DNA of 64,000 nt from assembly GCF_002105155.1 (NCBI RefSeq), contig NW_019028982.1, positions 62,001-126,000 on the forward strand. The letters are read 5' to 3'. A program made the translations under genes and the position numbers. The notes beneath the pieces are model-generated. The model was not told the origin of the DNA. It searched no databases and saw only the letters and a list, made by a program, of their open reading frames with translations. The stretch is from Lobosporangium transversale. Lineage: Eukaryota. Below are positions 52,031-61,267 of the stretch, one piece after another; position 1 is the first letter of the stretch, and each line of letters opens with the position of its first letter.

Positions 52031-53555
52031 CTATCCGATCCACTCATTCAAGATATGAACAAGATCAACACATGCATCAAAGGTTTGGAGAACCTCTTCC
52101 AGGAATCCTTCATTCACGACTTCCTTATCAGAGAAATGACGACCGATCGCAAAACATTTGCGTTTCAGAAACTCAATCATGGGATGATCCTTCTCAAATC
52201 CAACAGGACCCGTCTTGAGTTGTGAGGAACCTGGTCTCAGCGCATCGATTCCAGTCTTGCCACCGGTGATCTTCTTAATGGGCTCGGTTTCCAAAATTGC
52301 TGAAAAACGATCCGAATGATTGACAATTCCTTGGCGGATCCGATGTAAGACGGGTCCTTGAGGATCCCAAACGCCAGCTCCTGCAAATGTTTCACCTCCA
52401 GAAGTTACGCCAAAGAAGTATCCTGCCGCAATAGACTATTGCAAAAAAAGTGAAAGGAAAGAAAGTTTAGGTACACGTCGATTAAACTTTTATGGTAGAG
52501 AGATTTTACATTGCTTCATTGCTACAAACCTTCTTTCCGCCTTTTGAGAAATGACAGCACAGCTGTCTCTTATAAGGTCTCTTATCGTTTGAGAATCTAA
52601 CGTCGCGACTAATAAAAGAAAAAAAAAAAAAAATGTCAAAGAAGGAAGAAGAAAAACAATCATTTATAATATTTCATTTCACTTACTAAATCCTCATCAT
52701 AGAGTCCTTCGGTTCTTGATCAAGCACATCTGGATCTGCTTCCAAAAGGCCCTCTTTGACCATTCGTATAAAATCTAGGAAATCAGCCTTTGCAGTCTCG
52801 AACCGTTGTCGATTCTGCTCCATATATTCTCGATCATTATTGAGTTTTAAATCTCGAATAAACTCCAGAGTTTCGGGTTGAATCGCATCTGCCACAGGTT
52901 TGGGAGGACGTGGGATCTTGAGATCAGATATCAAGAATTGCTTTTGACTTTGAATTGAATGGGTAGGCTTCTCCGGATTTTGGTGGTTTTTGTTTTTGGA
53001 ACTTTTATTCTTCTTGGAAGATGCTGACGTAGAAGCAGAAGTTGAGGTAGAGGCAGAGGCAGAAGCTCCTTTACGAGTCTGTGTCTGTCGTTGATTTTTT
53101 TGGTTCTTTTTTGTTGAACTTTGGCCATAGTCTGTATCTTGAAAGTCATCCAAATCACTTTCATCATCATCATCATCTTCCTCTCCTTCTTCCTTATAAT
53201 CTGCTTCACTACTCTCATCCTGTTCTTCTTCTGAAACGTTTGCTTCTTCCTCATCCTCTTTACTTTCTTCTCCTTCACTTTCTTTAACAACATTCTCCCC
53301 TTTCGCACGCTTGGGCTTGACTTTACTAGATGTTTCTGTTGATCTTCTTTTGACAGCCTTAATAGGTGTAGTAGAAGTAGTTGTAGTAGTTGTAGAGATG
53401 TTTTTAGATTTTGGTAAATCTTTATGTTTTGTTGTATTCGTTGCTTTGACTGACTTAGTTGTCGTGGCTTTTGAAGAAGAAGAAGAAGAAGCAGTTCTGG
53501 AAGACGTCCTGGTTGGACGTTTAGCAGTGGAAGGTGAGCTGCGTGAAGGCGCCAT
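52031..53555 (-). CDS. DUF2461 family protein with a long low-complexity basic/acidic N-terminal extension, 3 exons
   Basis: TLEFIRDLKLNNDREY, MMRI-.RDVRFSNDKRPYK, GYFF...GAGVWDP...LHRIRQGI and LKTGPVGFEKDHPMIEFLKRK. Confidence 0.85.
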
Positions 53556-53852
53556 TGTTCTTAAAAGAGAAAGAATGAATGAGTAAATGAATGTGAATGT
53601 GTGAAAAAAAAAAAAAAAAAAAAATTCCCTTTTTGTTCAGCTGAGGCTACAAACAAGGATCCAATGGTCTGATAGTCTATCTCATCAATAATCCAGTGGA
53701 AATCTTTCTCTGGATTGATAAACATGACATCAAGCATTTATAATTTTTATTGCGTCTATATTAATATCATGCATGGGAGAGAAGTGTATGTGCGAGTTAC
53801 AATCCTAGGGTAGTAATACTGAAGCTAACTTGTGTGAAAAAGCACTTCATTA

Positions 53853-56266
53853 TTATTTTGCACGGGTCCACCACTTTCCTAACTTTTCAAAGCCATACTT
53901 TCCAGTCTTTACCATTCCTGCAGTTGCGATGCCTTTGATCGATTGACTCATTGCAGGGATCTGTACAATTGAATGGATCGTCTTGGCTAGGTATTTGTCC
54001 AGGTCTGGCGCAGTGGCTACCGATTGAATCTCTTGCCCTTCTTCCTTCACAATCTCTACGCCTGCTTTAGATAAAGCAGAATGATACCGGTACAAAACTC
54101 CTTGCTTCAGTTTTGGAGGCAACTTCTGAAATATCCTGGATCGGACCAATGGGCTATCATCTTGCTCCAAATGGCCCTCACGCAACGTCGTCACATTATT
54201 CAGATTGGCCAACAATGGGTCATACAATCGATGAAATTGTGCCAGCTGCCCTTGGACAATATTCTGTACTTTATGAGGGTTTTCACCAATGCTCATTCTG
54301 AAATCACCCAAATATGACAATCCTGCAATCTTAGTGAATAGCTCTTCGGATGTAAATTTTTTGGGTAAAGAGAGCAATGCAACGCGCGTGGCATTAAATA
54401 GGTTGACCTGGTTGGAAAGTCTCGTCCGTGGGTCATCAATCAAGATCTTAACCTGTGTACGACAAAAAAAGGTGTTCAAATATGTATGAGTCGATAAGCA
54501 CAACATTAATTATTTCATGCATCCGTACTCTGTATTTGTGTTACCACTTACAGGTTTGTGAAGACGTCCAGAAACATACATTGTCTCCCAGTTCAAGAGA
54601 TCATTACAAAGGGTATCAAGGGAAATGACTCCATATTTGATTGTCTATAATAATAAAAAGTTCACACATCCTACTTTGTTAGTGCTTCCAAATTCAACAC
54701 AGATAGGTTTGTTTATGTTTCAGTCTTCCAATCACCACACATCCGATTCTTACCATGCCGTTCACTTCCACAAACGGATTGAAATAAACACCAGCTCCGA
54801 ATTGTTCCTGTGTTGTAGCCACAACTTTGCTTCCGAGTTTGCCCAGAAATGAGTAATGGTGCGGATTAGCTTGCAGGTTAAGTGAGTGCCAATGTTGTGG
54901 ATGCGACACTGCAAAAATGAAATCCACCAAGGGTTTTTTCTAAAGTGATGAATATCCATGGGATAAAGGGTTAAAAGTTAGAAAATAAATACACGTAAAA
55001 CTGGTTATCAACCCGGTTAATGACTCAAGACAAAGGCAATGGGATCCCCAATAGAAACCACACAAAAAAAAAAGAAGTGCAATAATCGAATGCTCAGTCT
55101 AAGGCTGATCTAGTCCGCGGATTCGAACCCATAAAAAAAAAAATTAAAAATTCCGAAACTCTGAAATTTTTTTTCTTCCTTTAGTAAAAAAGGAAATTTG
55201 ATTTATGTGGGGATTTTTTCAAGTTGAGCGGGTAGAATGAGTGGATGGGAAGCAATAAAGGGCTCTCAACTTCTGTATGCATGCCCTTGAAGAACAAGTA
55301 AGATATGCATGTAGGGTGTGAATGAGAAAGCTAAAAAGTTTGGATCAGATCGGCAGCTAATAAGCAAATCAAGGATGTCTTTTCGAGTACTGCCAACATG
55401 ACCCCTCTCCAATGCTAAATCAAACTTTGCTCCTTTTCTTTTGTGATATTTCCTCAATGATTCTCCTTTTTTTTTCCTACTCACCTTGCCGTCGTAACCT
55501 TTCTGAGCGAAAACCCCGGAACCATATGCAAACGCATAACGAATTGGGGCCTTGTGGTGGATAGTGTCGACAACCGATTTGAGACGCTCCCACACAGCAG
55601 CATCAATGTCTATATGCTGGTTATCACCAAACTTGGGTGGTAATCGTGACATGTCTGGGGGTACCTCAAAGTCTCGAATGAAGTTGGGTCGAGGTTGCCG
55701 GACAGGTGCTGTGGGGCCTTTTGTAAAATTTAAACTATTGATGTGCTTTTGAGTGCGATTGGCAGTGGAATTGGTATTTATATTGATATTGAGGTTGGGT
55801 TTGGAATTAGTGTGTAGGTAGATATCGTCGTTACTAGATTCTACAGCAGCAGCACTAGCACCACCACTGCTCTGTTGCAAGGAGACAATTGTAGTATAGA
55901 ATGACCGCCGCTGAACAGTTTGCAAAGTCATCCGTGGCTGCGCTGATGAAGGCGGCGAAGACAATGACTGTGTGACGATGTTGTTATTGCTACTGTTGTT
56001 GCTGTTATGTGCGATCTGTGTTAGAGTCCTGATGTTGCACCGTGAGCGTGTATGTTCTGAGTCTAAGAACGGAAGAGTATCCTTAGGTACCCAAGCAACA
56101 GCATATCGTAAGCCTTGTTGCTGGCATCGAACAACCGCAGCAGGCTATAAACAGATGTAGTAGGAATCACAATTAGTCAACCTGGTCCATGGTCTTCAGA
56201 CTACCAGAAATACAAGTCCGATGAGGAGAACTATTCTCTTACAGTGGTTAAAAGTGGGATTAGCAT
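53853..56266 (-). CDS. TAM41: Mitochondrial phosphatidate cytidylyltransferase Tam41, multi-exon
   Basis: APIRYAFAYGSGVFAQKGY, VDFIFAV...WHSLNL..NP.HYS, GAGVYFNPFV, KYGVIS, W..MYVSGRLHKP and LSYLGDFRM..GENPHKV. The inferred first micro-exon MLIPLLTT splices in frame. Confidence 0.92.
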
Positions 56267-56838
56267 TGGATTTGTGGAAAGAAATGGAGAAGCTCAAAAT
56301 GAAGTGAAACAACTGTATGGGAACTGGAAGAGTCGAAAAAAAAAAAAAAGAAAGAAAGAAAAAGAAATGTCAATAAAACGACATGACATGACAATGAGTG
56401 TAAGTCTATGCATGTATTTCCCCGTCCCTATGTAAATCACTGAATATAGAAGAATGTATTCATTTTATGGTCAGAAACTTTGATCGGGGTCACTTTGCCT
56501 ATTTGTTTTTTTTTTAGTTGATTGTATTTTTACAATTCGTTAATAACCATACGTATGGAATGAATGTGATACGTACATGCTGGTGCATATACACGTGACA
56601 ACTAGACTCCAGGGAAGCCAAGCGATCTGCTTAATGGAGAGTTAATGCCTTTCAGTCCTGCTTATATTACTCGTTATATGAGGACCGATCAGATCATATC
56701 GCACAGCCTTTCCTTGACTGCAAATAACCCAGGCCCCTTTGCCAATTCTTCTCACTGTGAAAGTGTTAGATACAATTGCGAGATCTTAGGATACATTGGT
56801 CTACTCAAACGTCAGATTCAGCTTCGGATGGTGTTGAA

Positions 56839-57935
56839 CAGTACCAGGACAAAATGTATTGGAGTATTCTATTCTAATTCAATGGGTCTTGAAAAAACTT
56901 AATTTTGATATGTATTTTTATATATATTTTAATATTTGGTTGAACCTCCCTTCGCTGCTAACACTGCGTCAATCCTTTTTGGCATCGTGTTGATGATCCT
57001 CTTAATCACATCTGGCGTCAATTTATCCCATTCTTCTTGGAAAGCTGCTATCATTTCTTCCTTGCTTGTTGGTCTCCTTGGCCGTTTATTAAGGCGGTTC
57101 TTTAGAACTAACCAGATATTCTCAATGAGATTCAGGTCTGGGGAGTTAGCAGGCCAGAACATTTCCGTTATCCCATTTCCTTTCCGCCATTTCGCTCGCT
57201 TACTTGTGTGGATAGGAGCGTTGTCCTCCATTAGAATGGCATTATCCACTTCACTCATGAACCTCTTCAATTCTTGGTCATAAACGGTGTTAATGAAGCT
57301 TTGGCCCTTGTTATTGTCTCCATCAATAATGACAAATCTTGACTTCTTATTACCAGCAATGGCAACCCAAACCATGATCTTTGATCGACCACTTTGAAGA
57401 AGAGGCCTAATATTTTTTGGAAGATACTTTTCCTCTTTCGTTCGCCAAATGAGGATCCTCGAGAAGTTCTTGCCTATTTCAAAGCAAGATTCATCAGTCC
57501 AGACATTCTTCTCCCAGTTTGCCCAACTCCAATCTTTTTTTCTTGAACAAAAGCCAACCGTGCTTCAACATGCCTTGCTTCCAGTCTTGGCTTTTTAACC
57601 GCGACGCGACAAAAGATACCATTTTTATGGAGTATACGTCTGACCGTCCTTTCGCTGATGGGCTTCGGAGCTTCTGCAGCGATTTCTTGAAGAGTTCGGG
57701 TGTTATTTTCCTTGACGTTATTGATCAGGGCCCTGACTTCGAGCGGTGAGAGAAGAGGTCTTCTGCCTGGAGATTTTTTTGGAACAATCGTACTATCTCT
57801 TTCCCATTTCTTGATCACTTCAACAACTGTTTGAATTCGAATGTTATGGATCTTTGCAATCTTGGAAGGTAGAGTACCGACTTCATAGGCGTCGATGATT
57901 CTACCTTTCTGTTCGCAGGAAAGATGTTTAGGCAT
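56839..57935 (-). mobile_element. Tc1/mariner (IS630-Tc1) DNA transposon with a frameshifted transposase; one TIR-like end
   Basis: HTH region (PGRRPLL, ISERTVRRILHK, AVKKP) at 57935-57540. In the -1 frame: WTDES, MVWVAI, MEDNAPIH, WPANSPDLNLIENIW and GGSTKY ending at 56929. The Tc1-like end CAGTACCAGGACAAAATGTATTGG starts at 56839. Confidence 0.9.
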
Positions 57936-58162
57936 GGTGTGCAAGGAAGAATAGTGATGAGTGAGTAAGTGTTCTCACCACTTTTAAACAGTTATAAATT
58001 TTCTAGACAATTTGAATCAAGTGACTATCTTTAATAGAAGGTAGATCAAACATCGCATGGCCTGCATTGCTTACTTTCAATTACAAATCTATAAATTACG
58101 CAACCAAGACGCCATGCCGGGTACAAATAAACCTTCTTTTTTAAGATATATTTTTAACAAAC

Positions 58163-59275
58163 ATGTTCCATGCTGGCTTCTTGAAACCTTATCTGGAGCA
58201 TCGTATTCGTATGCTCAGAGATGTACGAGAAAGTCTACAACTGTGGGAGGAGCTACGAGACGAAAGACGTCGCCAGAATCATCGTCAACGCCTAGTCGAA
58301 AGGGTGTTTGACATTACTACATGGTCTAACGCCGATTGTTATCAACAGTTTCGATTCACGCGAGACCAGTTATAACAGTTACTCAAAGAATTGCTTCACA
58401 TACCTGATTCCTGCTACACGACTGTTGGTGATTTCTTCACAGGAATGGAGGGACTATGCATTCTTCTCTATCGTCTTAGTTCTCCTATCAAGTTGGATCG
58501 ATTGAGTTCGATTTTTATGCGTGACCTCACCGCTGTTTCTAGAATAGTAAACGATATGCTTGATTGGATCTACAGCCACTGGAAAAATCTGCTTGTGTGG
58601 GATCCATATCGCCTTACGCGTTAGAAGCTGAAGGATTTTGCCAGAGTGATCTACCAGAGCAATGGAGTATTGGACGACATCTTCGCATTCATTGATGGAA
58701 CCCTCCGAAGGACTTGTCGACCTAAAAGGTTCCAGGAGGCTGTCTACAGTGGTCACCATCACTACCATGGCTTGAAGTATCATATTGTTGTTACATCAGA
58801 CGGAATCATCATTCATATGAGCGATGCCAAACCGGGGACGCGGCATGATTCTGCTATCTATCGTGAGTCGAAGCTTCCTGAGCTTCTCTCACAGTATGCA
58901 TGGATCCCCGAGGGACAAAAACTAGCGATTTATGGAGACTCGGCCTATCCTGCTGGCGTACACATCAAACGCCCGCATGATTATAATCCAACAATGAGTC
59001 CACAGCAAAGACGAGAAAATCGAGTCATGGCTAGTGAACGCGTCACTGCTGAAATGGCTATCGGCAACGTTACCAAATACTTTCAAGCTCTAGACTTCTA
59101 TCTTAACCAGCGGATCCTGCAGAGTCCCGTCGGCCTTTATTTCCCTGTCGCGACATTGTTCACCAATTGTCATACCAGCTTGTACGGTAATGAGATTTCG
59201 AGCCATTTTGAAGTCCGCCCTCCGTCGTTGGAGGAATATTTGGATTCAAGAATATTCCGAGAAGTAGTCTTTTAA
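58163..59275 (+). pseudogene. PIF/Harbinger DDE transposase (HARBI1/DDE_Tnp_4-like) with two in-frame stops
   Basis: ORFs at 58163, 58391 and 58646 share one frame, interrupted by TAA (58373-58375) and TAG (58622-58624). Motifs: CYQQFRF, EGLCILLYRL, FIDGT, YSGH..HGLKY, GTRHDS, YGDSAY and RVTAEMAIG. Confidence 0.9.
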
Positions 59276-59289
59276 ATATTTAAATATTA

Positions 59290-60400
59290 TCAATGAGTCT
59301 CTTTCTCAACTAAAGATTTCATCATTGCTAATAAAGAAACATGATGTTCGACAAGTTGATGGTGCAATTGATCGTTATTCTGTTGTTGCCTTTGCTGCTC
59401 CTGAACCAACTTTTCAATCGCCTCTTTGATATTCTGATTATTGTTCTGCTGCTGCAGTTGCTGCACCTGAACCAGCTTCTCAATCGACTCTTTAATATCC
59501 TTCAATTGCCCTTCGGCAACCGTTTTCCATTGTTCAATCAATTCGCAAGTGGAGATCGATTCTGCTTCCGCGCCGGAAAGTTTGCGGGACACTGATTCGA
59601 GAAGGCGGTCAGATAAAGACGAGGAAGATGAAAAAATGAATGAGGGGACTCAAGTGGAGGGGAGCCAAATGAGGGGGATTGCTTTGGTTGAAAAGAGCTG
59701 GCAAGCATTGAGGATGAGGATTGATTAGATGCTGATGATATGGTATTATGCAGGGGTCTCGCTGGTTGCGAAGAAGATGAGGACGATCCTTCGGATGCAG
59801 GCCACACCCCAATCCGAGGCATGGCTGACTGAGGTAAGAGGATGTGCTATTATTTCTGGGGAGGAGGGGCAGGATTCGGTATGTTCGCTGCTTGGCTGTT
59901 TTGCCCTTCTTTGGGTTGATCTTCTTGCTATCCAGTCTCCGTCCATGTGGTTTTGAAGTTGCTTCTCTTTTTGACGATGTCTTTCCATTGCGACTGATTC
60001 CTTTGCAGCCATTTTCTGATCATAGAGTTCGCCTATTTTATCGAGCAATCTCTGAGGTAAGGGAGAAATACCAGGTCCTTTCTGGAGATAGGATTGATAC
60101 TGTTCCCACTTCTTGCGGAGAGCAGCCCAGCGTCGTTTGACGGAAACGGGCTCTATATGCGCAAACCAGGCTTCATCCGATCCCGTCTTCCCCTTGCTTA
60201 ATTCTTTGAGATAGTCAACAACTTTTTGCCATGCAGCTTCTTTCTTCCCGTATGGCTCTAAGAAAGGTCAATATAGTTCTAGAGCAGTTATGAGCTCGAA
60301 GTCGGCATGAGAGTTGCTGAATGAATCCCTGAACCGTTGTTGTGTTTCTACAGGCTGTGTAATAGTAGGAGCTTTGGGGATGGCTTCCTTACCAACCGCA
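59290..60400 (-). pseudogene. Harbinger-associated Myb/SANT-like DNA-binding partner gene, disrupted
   Basis: Convergent with the transposase. Reads DFELITALELY*PFLEPYGKKEAAWQKVVDYL...VKRRWAALRKKW with TGA at 60268-60270, then charged, Ser-rich and coiled-coil segments that switch frame. The 5' end is not resolved. Confidence 0.7.
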
Positions 60401-61125
60401 GCATCTGACCAATCTCTTTTATGCTTTAATATTTTTTTAAATGTCTTTTTCTCTAACTGAAAAAGCTAACCAGGCAAATATACCAAGTTAAATTGCATAC
60501 TTGTTATTCACAAGGTTGCACGAACTTAATTTTTGGTGGCGTAAACTCCTCACATCAACCACATTTTCTTGGATAGGTAAAATGCCTAATGAGGTATTTG
60601 TGAGGGTAATGGTTGGCAATTATTGAGTGATCATGCTGCAGCTATGGCATATGGTATATGGTATAGAAATGCCCATGTAGTCTACTCGAGACGCTTTAAG
60701 TATCCAGACAATTAAGATATCAAGATGCTCAAGTTAGACAAGATTTTTAAGTCTCCAAGTCCATGAGTAATAGAGCCTTTTCTACTGAAAGAGCAGGTTA
60801 TCGAGGGCTAATTTGAGATAATTCTATCCAGTATTCATGTTTTGGAAATGAAGGACGCTAAGTTTTTTTTAAGACAAGGATATACCTTGAGTGCCAGCGC
60901 TTGGGTTGATAGATTAATACATCGATAAAGTGAGGTGAGTTTTTAGCACTGAGTGCGCTCCATCAGCATAAATCGTGAACACTCATACATGAAGGAAGGG
61001 TATCATCGCCTTTACATGATACGTTTAGACGATGTAGAAGGACGTAACCTTTATTCCTCATCTGACAAATGGCTAATGGTTTAACCGTGCATATTCCGAA
61101 TCTAAAAAAGAAACCAAAGACCTAC

Positions 61126-61148
<23 letters not shown>

Positions 61149-61156
<8 letters not shown>

Positions 61157-61215
61157 AAAAGAGAGAGATGAGCTGAGCTGAGCTGAGCTGAAATGAAATG
61201 AAATGAAATGAAATT
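61149..61215. repeat. (GAGCT)n(GAAAT)n pentanucleotide microsatellite following a poly-A run
   Basis: Direct observation. Confidence 0.8.
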
Positions 61216-61267
61216 CATTTTGCATTCGCCTCCTTGAGTCCTTGCATCTCTTTCTTTTTGACTGCCC

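Noticed and set aside
55019..55060. SECIS-like ATGA...AAA...GA pattern
   Set aside because: The required helix does not pair, the site is antisense within an intron, and no in-frame TGA selenoprotein candidate is nearby.
55090..55135. Possible tRNA gene around GGTTCGAATCC
   Set aside because: The T-stem does not pair and the upstream sequence is poly-T, so no D-arm or anticodon arm exists. Kept only as an isolated B-box.
58163..59296. Alternative genetic code (TAA/TAG read as Gln) to explain the Harbinger stops
   Set aside because: Host genes in the window terminate at TAA and TAG, the transposase itself ends at TAA, and the partner gene is broken by TGA. Decay is the simpler explanation.
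60545..60580. Possible partner TIR for the Tc1 end at 56839
   Set aside because: Only ACATTTT and a few scattered bases match, which is not significant in AT-rich DNA.
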